Shown one piece after another: positions 52,070 to 62,983 of a stretch of DNA of 64,000 nt. The notes under the pieces were generated by a model that was not told the DNA's origin, did no database searches, and was given only the letters and a program-made list of their open reading frames with translations. Both the position numbers and the translations under genes were made by a program. The stretch is from Balanoglossus misakiensis (lineage: Eukaryota > Animalia > Hemichordata), in the NCBI GenBank assembly GCA_040954595.2, contig CM082586.2:11439337-11503336 (forward strand). The letters run 5' to 3'. The stretch's first letter is position 1; each line of letters starts with the position of its first letter.

Positions 52070-55000
52070 TCACACTGATGAGGACTGCCGTCTCGACACA
52101 GTTTCCTGTGCTATCGTTGCCGTTGGTGGTGGAGGTAGGGACGCCAGGTGAGCAGAAATCCTCCTTGGATCTGTTGCCTCCATAGGTTTTCTTTTCTGCA
52201 TTCCTTCACGGTCTTGTAAACGCCTTTCAAGGATAATTCTCTTGATGTCTGTGATGTGTGGGTAGGTTTTTTTCTCTTTCTCTTGGAAGACACTCCATCT
52301 GTTGCTTTTTTTGTTGAAGCGCCTATGAAGCCTGCATCAAGTATAATGATATGATGTAATTCATTCAAATCTACTTGGAAATGTGTCAATACCTAGATTT
52401 TAAGTGTTAAAATATCTGAACTACTAATTTTTCAATTTGAAGAAAAGAAAGCTATGGTCGTTAATATATTTGAGCACATAATGCTACTAAAGCTGTGAAA
52501 AAAATGGCCAATATAATGACTATACGTGACCCCAAATCAAGTTATTGTGTGTTAAACTAATTAGTTCAATTTCAACAGCAAGTGCAAAGGACATGTTAAT
52601 TTTGGCTGATAAGTAGGTACAACACCAATTCACTACTCATAATAAAAAATACATCAGTAGGAAGAACTTACACAACTTCACCATTCTTTTTCCTCTTGAC
52701 TGGCCTGTCATTGTGAACATTGTGGTCTATGGCAGCCAGCCTATTCCTCGCTCTGTACACGGGTGGTGTGTACGCATATCTCTTCCCTGCATACATTAAA
52801 ATATGCTGTTGGAATGTCTCTAGTTCTGCAGTACTCCTGAAAAACATGATGCATGGTAAGAGTTAAATTAAACATTCACATACATGCATAGTTTGTTGGC
52901 AAAACTGGTGACCACCAGGAAAGTATAAATAAAATGGATACAATAATAGTCATGTAAACTGGATGTGACTCATGTTGATATTAGTCAAATCATACCTGGG
53001 AAACACTACCATACATACACCAAATACCAAACTGGATATCATGTACCATGATTTTATAAGAAAGACATAAAATTAATTCAACTCCTTACCTAAAGTTAAT
53101 CAAGTAATCCACTTTACTGAGGAATTGCTTGTTAAAAACAATTCTGACCAGGGTATTTGGCAGTAGGCAAGTGCCCACGAATGCTCGTTCACCACATGGT
53201 GAACAACACCACACCAAAGTCCCTGTAAATAACATGAGAACCGCTTGTTACTGGTATTTTGTTGCAAACTAAGATATGCTGGGATACAGATCTGATAATC
53301 TGCAGTTCCATGTGTTCTCACTAAGCAGGTCAATAGATTTTCATGTGATTAGGAAAAGAAAAAAACAATTTACTTTTCAGTGCGATAATTCAATGTCAAC
53401 CAACATTTCTCGCAACTTCACTTGTAGTATATTTTAACAAAACATTGTATTATACCATCATCGATTGACTTGTGAGATTCACAGCTGCAGCCTTGTGAAA
53501 ATTTAGATGATGAACCGCTTGTTACTGGTATTTTGTTGCAAACTAAGATATGCTGGGATACAGATCTGATAATCTGCAGTTCCATGTGTTCTCACTAAGC
53601 AGGTCAATAGATTTTCATGTGATTAGGAAAAGAAAAAAACAATTTACTTTTCAGTGCGATAATTCAATGTCAACCAACATTTCTCGCAACTTCACTTGTA
53701 GTATATTTTAACAAAACATTGTATTATACCATCATCGATTGACTTGTGAGATTCACAGCTGCAGCCTTGTGAAAATTTAGATGAGATTGATGTACAGTAG
53801 ACAGAATTAATGCATGAGTGATAAGTAGCCCTTGTCTTCAAAAAACATCAAAGGCATACAAGTCTCTCCAATGTCTCTTCCTGGAAAGCCATTTATACAG
53901 CAAACAACAAATTATTACGTACCTTAAACTCATCACATGTAGTAGCCTTGCCACAACAGTACCAAAAATGGTTCACAATATGTCGGCTCCACTGTAGAAG
54001 AGCTTTACACTCCTTCTCCTGACCAGCCTGAATAAGGGGAAAACATGGAGCTTCATAGCAACTAAACAGGCCTTTCCTTGAGTCTTACGGTTTGATGGCA
54101 TACATAGAGAGATTTATTCTAAAGCAATGTCATATAGAAAACAGAGCTATTTGGTTATCACAAATGGGAATTGTTGTATGATAGAGTTCCTGTCTGTCTA
54201 TTTAAAAAAAATAAGTGACCAAGTCACCGTCAGAATTCCTGCATATCAAAATGAAAATTTAATTGACTCACCTTGATTATTTTTTTCCCAAGATTTTTGG
54301 CAGCATGCCACACATCAAGTGAATGCTTGATATTGCCATATCGGTTTCCTATAAAATTGTGACAAAAACAAGGGTTTATGTGATGTGACAAAACAGGCAT
54401 GCACTTTTTCTATGCACATGGAATAACATTAGTTTTAAAACATATTTGATTGAAAAAATGACACTAATTTTTGAGTAGTCAGGATAAAAACTGCATTAAA
54501 GTTGTATTTAGCTGAGCTTCAAACTTACTCATCAAAGCTAAAATCTGGGAATGAGAATCCGTCGTCACTTCAATGACTTTTGCCTCTTGGGCCAATAGAT
54601 GGTCCAACGTCTTTTGAAATGCTGCTTTCTCCATCACTGTAGACTTTCTTTCCGTCTGCCTTTTGTCCAATGTTATGATGTCGAGAATGTCTTTTGACTC
54701 ATACTCCATGAACGTATATGAGCAATACTGGGCGCAAAACCCTGGGGAATCCATCCTCCCATCACCTTTCAAAATAAAAGGAAACATATGTTTGAGTATT
54801 ATCGGTATAGTTTTCAACAATACTTAGTATAGGACATTTTTTGTAAACTGATTACTATTTGGCACTAAGAAAATTCATTATGAATATACAGAAAGACATG
54901 TAGCTGCACCTACTTTGGGGTTACATGGTTTATAATATCAAGTCTCTATTATAATAAGGGAGACTGCTTACAGTTGAGATAATTATGTCTTTACATAGGT

Positions 55001-58000
55001 GTCATAAACATTCACATTTCAGGACTGTGATTAACAATTTCAAAACAAACTTATGAAAAACTCTAATATACAAGGATACAGCAATTGAAATTTGGAACTC
55101 TCTAACATGTTTAGGTGCAATGATTTCTTCTTACCCATTATCACAAGTTCTTTGTCGGCATGTTTCCTTACAATTTCCTGCTGATGAGTCTCCCAATATT
55201 GATCAACACTTGGCACCAGGTAATGTCTCTGTATCTTCAAATACGTACTGGAACTGACTATGTTCAGATTCAACATGCTGGCAAACAATGCTATTTTAGT
55301 GTAGTTGTTGCCTGACGTGAGAATAGCAGCTGACGTCAATAAATCGCCACTATGAAGCCTTCTGTTAAGGAGAGGTTGAGAGCACCACTTGTAAGCCAGG
55401 TGGCCAGATGGGCAAACCTAAAAAAATATACATCAAACATCATATAAATATGACTTCCTTTCTACAACTTTGCACAGTTTAACACTAAGGGATGCACAAA
55501 AGCTGGCTGTTAATATTCAGTTCTTTTCTTTTTCAAATTTGTGAGTTTAGAACATAAGGCATGTATGAAACAATATCACTTATCAACATTTTCTAAAAAA
55601 TACACGTACCCATGACAAATACAGAGCTGACCCAACAGACTGAGATGAAATTGTCAGACTTTCGTTGCAATTTCCTTCACGGCACGTTGACTGTTTCACT
55701 GTTTTAGCCAACAAGAGAAGCTGCTGCAGTGATATTAGATAAAACTTCTCCTGAAGGAGGCTGTCAACATCTGTGCCCATTTGCACCCTCACAATACCAG
55801 GAGATATTTCATCTTGTTCATGGGTCTCTTCAGTGTTCTCCTGGTCCTGGTCATCATCACTGTCATCCTCATTCTCCGAGTTTTCGGATGCCAGATCCTC
55901 TAGGTCCACTCCCCGGGGTCTGTAAAATGAAATTTCAATTAAAGTCAAAGGAAAAGAAATGGGGGGAAATGGGAAGGTAGGCCAGAAATTTAAAAATGAA
56001 ACTTCTAAAAATGAAAATACTCACTGAATGGTTAAATTTATACTGGGTTCATAGTCTGGGTCGTCATCGTCTTCATCAGAACCTTGGTAATGATCTTGAT
56101 TCAAATCTCCTGTTATATCTATAGTCACACTGTAGAGTATGATAAGATATGCATGGATGAAAATATAAATGGGAAATCAAACAAAATAGATTTAACCCAA
56201 AAGTTTAAAGCTCCACTAACAATTAATTCTAGGTATTTGTTCAACTTTATAGTACTAATCACTTTGACATTAGTATTAGTTAGCTCTGTAACTCTGGCAA
56301 CTTCACAACTTCTCTTCACTCAAAAAATAATGTTTTTATTACAGTTTTGACTAATCTTAAAATGACATGAATCACCAACAATACATAATTTTTTTTACAT
56401 TTGTTGTGGATATAATCTAGCATGTTCCATGTACAAATATGCCCAACATACACTTACTCAAATGGATCTACAAATGATTCAGTCATTGTGCTCTTTCTTC
56501 TTCTGGTTTTATCACTGTAAAATAAATCATTAAAACATTATTGTTATTGTCAAAATTTCTGTCATAACAAACTTAAAATTCAGATGTCCTGATAAAAACT
56601 GCTTCTCATTTTGACCACATGGTACAGAAATTTGTTACATACCTTGTCTTATCTTGTGTCTTGGTTGAGCCAGACAATGCAGGGAGTTCTTCTATTCCTG
56701 ACATTTGACTCGTTTCCCTGAAACATTCAAACAAGTTTTAGAAATTGGCACAAATTGTTGTTCACATATTTTGAAACTTGAAAGTAGTATTATAATACCC
56801 ATGTTGACTTGTAGAAAAGTTTGTTATAGTGTTATACTAGCAGACTATAAGGCACAGTATACTCAGTCCAAAAGCAAAAGCTATTACCACTACTAGGTCT
56901 ATGACCATTAAATTGCCAGATTGTCTTGTTATGGACCATAGGTCAAAAAGAACATAAAATGCAATGATTGTAAATAGCAAATGCCTAGGTAGAGCCCTGA
57001 GTAAATGAATAAAAAATCTTACCCATGATCACTGGACACAATTGATGACATCTCTGACATCTCAGACATTCTTGCAATATGTTGTTGGCCTGCAGTGGGT
57101 GTTGAACTTCGAGGATGTTTGGAGGGTCGTTTCCTTTAAAAATACATGTACCCATAAATTATGAAGTTGTACAAACACCAATTTAGATAATATTGTTATT
57201 CAATCCTGATTTTTCTCTAGTGTCTAAAAGATGAACAGATTTACTTGACTCAAATGTTTGTGTTTGAGATCAAGAGAGCTGCACTTGGTTTATTTGTGAA
57301 GTACAATGTAAATGGATTGTCCCTTTGTTTGCAGGATTGAACCCTGTTTTACATGCATGAACCCATGTTGAACACAAACCTGAACTTCTTACACACCTGA
57401 TAACAAGTTAACCGACAATGGTATGGGCGATTTATACAAAACAGGTTAAAAATATTACTTACCCATGACCAGATGAAACTGAAGATGAGCACGAAATGTC
57501 TTGCTGCAATGGCTCAACGCCAACCGTCACATGTGACGAAGCTTGACCACTCGTGCTTGGAACAGGCTGAAATGTAGTACCTTGGTCTGGGGAGTCCGGT
57601 GACTGTTCATTTCGGTTTTTATTGTAACTGTGACAAGATCAGAAATCGAAATATTTTGATCAGATGTTTAACAAATCTTACGGATTTGAAACCGGCGGAC
57701 AAAAGAACACGATGGACGAAGATTTAGATGAAGAGTTAAAATGACGATTTACACTTTACACAGTGTGTAAACATTGACATGCCAACAAAAACTACAAAGG
57801 GTTGTTCACTACGTTGACAGTGACGCACCGAACATAGGCGATGTTGTCGTGATTTTGATTCGAGTTTTGGTATTTCCGAACATTTGGATGGTCAAAAAAT
57901 GTCATTTCAAAGGCCAAAATATGACGATCGTTGGATATAGTACATGTACATGTACGTGTATTGCTGATTTGTCCAAGGCATCACCGCAGTTCAAAAGCCC

Positions 58001-58208
58001 GTCCTACTTACCAATCAATCAGCTCCTCGGCCAAATCGGGGTTTGAAAGCCCTGTTTCGTCGATTAATTCAATCCATCTATCCATCTGTCGTCCGATATA
58101 CACCATGGACCGACGTTTTGTCAAATTGTTTTGTTGCTGTCTCCTCTTCTTCGCCGAGTCTGTCACAGCCGGCCGGCCTGGCCGACGTTTAGCTGTGCGG
58201 GACGCCAT
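52070..58208 (-). pseudogene. Kolobok-type DDE transposase, ~14 exons, frameshifted in the exon at ~53090-53224
   Basis: Exon peptides: MASRTAKRRPGRP (58208), VCPSGH..KWCSQP..GDLL.SAAILTSGNN (~55417-55134), GDGRMDSPGFCAQY...VTTDSHSQI (~54766-54528), DVWHAAKN (~54310), HIVNHFWYCC (~53970), VVHHVVNEHSW, STAELETFQQHILMYAGKR..Y..RNRLAAIDHN (~52817-52671), RRFNKKSNRW...DPRRI..PPPPT to the stop at 52070. Confidence 0.85.
53238..53784. repeat. Near-perfect 274-bp tandem duplication in a transposase intron
   Basis: gaaccgcttgttactggtatt starts at 53238 and 53512; both copies end gaaaatttagatga. Confidence 0.92.
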
Positions 58209-60551
58209 GTTCTCGTGAAGAATTTACTGCGCATGCGCGAGACTCGCGTTTTCTGTGTAATCTGTGTACTCCTGCCCTGGACGCCGCCATAATCGCTTGC
58301 CGCAACGTTTTATTATATGTCTTGCTCGTAGTTACGCGTGCGATTTTTGTCGCTGGTCAGATATATGTGTTTATGTACGCTTCAATAAGTATATCTACAT
58401 GAGCAATCTTTCATTTGAATGTAAAATAATGAAAATAATGCCCACAGTTACAGCTTAGGCGCCTTTAAGCTATGACGCTATGTCCACGTCGGCTGTGCAA
58501 TGGTCCTGTACAGTGACTCTCTATTGGCCCGTGAGCAGAATGGGACCACAATAAAAGACCAAATTTTGGGCTCACCTGTAACACCTGCTTAACTCATTAA
58601 TTATGTGCATACCTAATTCCAGGCTAACTAAAACGGCTAGAGGTTTTGTTCTTGTGGGACATGGACCAGTATGGGATCAAAATTTTTTGCCCAAATTTTG
58701 GGTGACCTCAGGTGACCTTTGACCTACTTTCCTATATCTCGGCATCCACAGCAGGTACAGACTTGGCGTTTGGAGGGTTGTGACTAAAATTGAAAAGACA
58801 AAATTAGGGTTCACCTGTGACACCTGCTTATCTCATTAATTATGTGCATACCTAATTCCAGGGTAGCCAATAGGGCTAGAGGTTTGATTTTTGTTGAACA
58901 TGGACCAGTATGGGGTTAAAATTTCTTGCCCAATTTTGGATGACCTCAAGTGACCTTTGACCTACTTTACCATATCTCGGCAACCAGCGCAGATACAGCC
59001 TTGGCATTTGGAGGCATGGAACTCCTAATGAAGCCTGAAACGTTACCTCATTAATTATGTGCATATCTAATTCTAGGCGAACCAATAGGGTTAGAGGCCT
59101 GATTTTTGTTGGACCTGGACTGGTATGGGGTCAAAAATATTTTCTAAACTTTCGGATGGCCTCAGGTGACCTTTAACCTACTTTCCTATATCTCGGCATC
59201 CAGGACAGGTACAGCATTTGTGTTTGGATGGATCGAACTATTGATAGAGTCTTACACTTTACATCATTAATTATGCGCATATCTAATTTCAGACAAACCA
59301 ATAGGGCTAGAGGTCTGGTTTCTGTTGGACCTGGACTAGTATGGGGGTCAAAACTTTTTGCCCAAATTTTGGGTGACCACATATGACCTTTGACCTTCGG
59401 CTTAAGCTTGTGCCCGTCATCGCTGCTTGCAGCTATATTCTTCTACTTCTTTTTCTTCTTCTGTCGTTTTCTTTGGCGAGGTAGATCTGGAAAACTGCTA
59501 AACCTACCAATTTCAAACTTGGCACAATGGTGCAGGCCAATGAGAGCTAGTGCAGTACCCTTGTGAATGTTTAATAAGTCATGTGACCTGATGACCATAT
59601 ATGGGCAAAATTTTCAAATCGACCTAATTTGCATATGAATGGAGATATCAAAATTCTGTTCAGATTTTGAGAATTTTGAGAAGAAGATTTTTAAGTATTA
59701 TTTTTCATATTTTTCGCCCAAGCCATGTGCCTATACTTTACATAGTAAAGCTATGACAACATATTATTTTGGATAAATATGCATACATATCTCAAAATCT
59801 GTTAGGCCGATCATCTCCAACTTTGGTGTGCAGCTAGCCTAGCATTTGTCAATAATTTTAAGCGGAAAAAAATAATATGAAAAATCGACCGATTTTTTTA
59901 TATCAATTTTTTTATTAAATTTATACCTTTACTTATACCTCTATGGTTAAGCTATGTCCATGTCTTATTGTGGAATTCTGGTCTGTGCAATAGTCTTGTA
60001 CAGTGACTATCTATTGATCAGTGAGCACAATGGCACCAAAATAGAAGGCAAAATTTTAGGCTCACCTGTAACACCTGCTTAACTCATTAATTATGTGCAA
60101 ACCTAATTCCAGGCTAACCAATAGGGCTATAGGTTTGGTTTTTGTTGAACATGGACCAGTATAGGGTCAAAATTTCTTGCCCAAATTTTGTATGACCTCA
60201 GGTGACCTTTGACCTACTTTACCATATCTTGGCATCCAGAGCAGGTACAGACTTGGCGTTTGGAGGGTTGCGACTAAAATTGAAAAGGCAACACTGGGGG
60301 TCACCTGTGACACCTGCCTAACTCATTAATTATGTGCATACCTAATTCCAGGCTAACCAATAGGGTTATAAGTTTGGTTTTTGTTGAACATGGACCAGTA
60401 TAGGGTCAAAATTTCTTGCCCAAATTCTGCATGAACTCAGGTGACCTTTGACCTACTTTACCATATCTTGGCATCCAGAGCAGATATGCTTATTGCTATG
60501 CTGCTATGTGCTATGTTGGCTTGGGCCCGCTATTGCTGCTTGCAGCTATAT

Positions 60552-61780
60552 TGTTGTAATTGTGATGAGTTGGGTTTGCGAATGACCCATCTTCCCTCAT
60601 TCGTTCAAGCAGTGCATGCTTCGTGGATTAACAGATTAATGTCCAATCAATATTCTCAGTGGATAGAAATGTTTAAACTGTGGGTATATCCCCTGCTATC
60701 TTACCCACTTCACCCCCGCTCAGGTCGTGGAGTTTGCCAGAAAGAGATTTTCACGTCATAGCTTCTGGTACCTAGTACTACTATGTTGGTCAAAAACTAT
60801 ACCCCCCCCCCCCGACCCTATTAATAACATAAAAAAGTGTATATGGTTCAACCAGAGCTGAAAGTTAACAACGCTACCATATTTTATAAAAACTGGTATG
60901 ATAATGTTGTAATGTATATTTCGGATTTATTAGATTTTTCCGGTTCCATTTTATCTTTCCAAGATTTTAGTAACAGACATAATTTTTCACCAAACTTCAT
61001 ATGGGTTTAATCAACGCTTTTCCAAGATCACGGTTCAGAAAGATTCAGCAACAAGGCTCTGTAAATAATGCCCACCCAAACATGTATTACACAAATAGAT
61101 CCTGAAAAAAACCTACTCTATTTTACTTATTTTTGAAGAATAATCTTAAACCGATGAGATGTACGCAAAAATGGAAAGACCTCTTCGGGAATTTTGATTC
61201 GCAATTACACTATGCTTTACCATTTATTGTAACAAAGGATTCTACTTTGCGTAATTTTCAATTCAGAATTGCTTGTAGAATCTGTACTACAAATACATTT
61301 TTAAAGATAAGGGGGAAAATGCGATTCTGTGAAATGCACCTTCTGTGAAAATTATGAGGAAATCCTTATACATTTATTTTTCGAATGCGACTGTATTTTG
61401 TCTTTTTGGAAGGATGTAGAGTTGCAATTACAGACAAAGTGTAATATTGCCATTGAGCTGTCCCTTTTGATGTTTTGGTGGGTATAAAATAGAATTTTCA
61501 AAGTAACCACACAAACGATGAGTGGTTAGCCCTGAATTACTTTATATTACTTTCAAAGACTTTTATATTTAAATATAAATTTAAGCCAGTATTGCCAAAC
61601 CTTCGCACATTTTTATCCTACCTCAATAATATACAAAAAATTGATACTTACCAAGCAAAGGCAATGGAGAATCACACACACTACAGGTACTGGAATATTT
61701 TCAAAAAATTCTGTACTTGAACATTTTGTTTTCTTTTGAGATGTAGAGATGTTTTGTCTAGTTTATGACAATAAAAAAAA
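60552..61780 (+). pseudogene. Decayed L1/Tx1-type ORF2, 3' part with zinc finger and poly(A)
   Basis: GLRMTHL..F.....ASWI, LRNFQFRI..RI..TN, CTFCENYEEILIHLFFEC (CCHC finger, ~61336-61390), ending acaataaaaaaaa at ~61768-61780. Confidence 0.85.
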
Positions 61781-62983
61781 TAATCCAAACCTAAAAAGTT
61801 GTCAAAAATTTGCTTCGCAAAAAAAAAAAATCACAATAGTTGCTTTGTCTTTGGGTTGAATATTTTCAAAATTGCCGAAGAAAATAATTTAAAAATCATA
61901 TAATTAAATAATCAAAAATTAATTTTACTCCTATTTGCACTTCCCGTAAAGAGCAGTGTCTAAGCTTTCTAAAAATATAAGGTTTATGTACTTTGAAGCT
62001 AGCTTTATTGTTGTAGGAGAGGATATAGTACCCCCTACCCCAAGACCATGCGTAATCCCATAGGATACATGCATTTCAAAGTTGTCTCTAAAGAAGTATT
62101 GTATTGTTATATAACTAATGTTAACATTTGTTTTCTTGTTTAATAAATAGAAGTCAATAATCCAAACCCCCAAAAGATGTCAAAAATTTGCTTCACAAAA
62201 AGAAAATCACAATTGTTGCGTTGTCTTTGGGGTGAATATTTTCAAAATTGCCGAAAAAATTAATTTAAAAATCTTATAATTAAATATTCATAATTTTTTT
62301 ATAATTAAGTTTGTGCTTCCCGTAAAGAGCAGTGTCTAAGCTTTCTAAAAATATAAGGTTTATGTAATTTTTTGCTAGTTTTATTTTTTTAGGAGAGGAT
62401 ATAGTACCCCCTACGCCAAGACCATGCGTAATCCCATAGGATACATGCATTTCAAAGTTGTCTCTAAAGAAGTATTGTATTGTTAAATAACTAATGTTAA
62501 CATTTGTTTTCTTGTTTAATATATAGAATTAAATAATCCAAACCTAAAAAGTAGTCAAAAATTTGCTTCACAAAAATAAAATCACAATTGTAACATTGTC
62601 TTTTGAGTGAAAACTTTCAAAATTGCCGAAAAAATTAATTTAAAAATCATCTAATTAAATATTCATAAATATTGTTTAATAAAGTTTGTGCTTCCCGTAA
62701 AGAGCAGTATCTAAGCTTTCTAAAAAATATAAGGTTTATGTAATTTCATGGTAGTTTTATTTTTTTAGGAGAGAATATAGTACCCCCTACCCCAACTCAT
62801 TTTTCGCCATTTTGAGCGGCACATACCATTCAAAAACCACCCCGGAGGGGTAGTGCAACCCAAAATATTCAATGTTAACATTTTTTTTCTTGTTCAGCAC
62901 GTTCTATAGAACAAAAAAATACCCAAGTGGTAGGTTTATGGGGGGGTGGTGGTGCTCGGTGGACCCCTCCAGCCCACGGACTA
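61781..62983 (-). repeat. Right TIR arm with 376-bp tandem repeats
   Basis: tctaagctttc at ~61959, 62335 and 62710; reverse complement of the left arm. Confidence 0.92.

Larger units (their letters stand above)
49002..58464. mobile_element. Kolobok DNA transposon, 9463 bp, two convergent genes
   Basis: TTAA is duplicated at 48998-49001 and 58465-58468. TIR aggcgcctaagctg(c/t)aac with RR...YY termini. The host HINE 'ctatagttaa|gctatgacg' is restored on removal. Carries a Kolobok-type transposase and a KolX-like gene. Confidence 0.9.
37841..60551 (+). mobile_element. Stack/array of Helentron-type non-autonomous elements (8 bodies, stacked 5' heads)
   Basis: Heads read ttagggc(c/a)caag...cttg(g/t)gccctatt. 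Tails read cttg(g/t)gccc + gctgcttgcagc hairpin and end at ~39536, 41316, 43106, 45100, 46877, 48653, 59438, 60551. Removing the stack rejoins the L1 frame NRLRL|CCNCDELGLRM. Confidence 0.85.
34365..62983. mobile_element. 28.6-kb long-TIR DNA element (TAG...CTA ends, 3-bp TSD; Academ-like/foldback), non-autonomous, with nested cargo
   Basis: Left end tagtccgtgggc, right end gcccacggacta. TCT is duplicated at 34362-34364 and 62984-62986. The satellite 'caatatctct|gcatttttggag' is restored exactly on removal. The superfamily is assigned from the ends only. Confidence 0.88.

Noticed and set aside
54479-56350. Separate small genes for the minus-strand ORFs at 54479, 55040 and 55583
   Set aside because: Each contains an internal GT-AG-bounded exon of the single transposase gene, flanked by intron read-through.
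49002-58464. piggyBac assignment based on the TTAA TSD
   Set aside because: The termini are AGG...CCT rather than CCY...RGG, and the transposase motifs (GDGRxDSPG, TTD, DxWH, TxxLE) are Kolobok-type.
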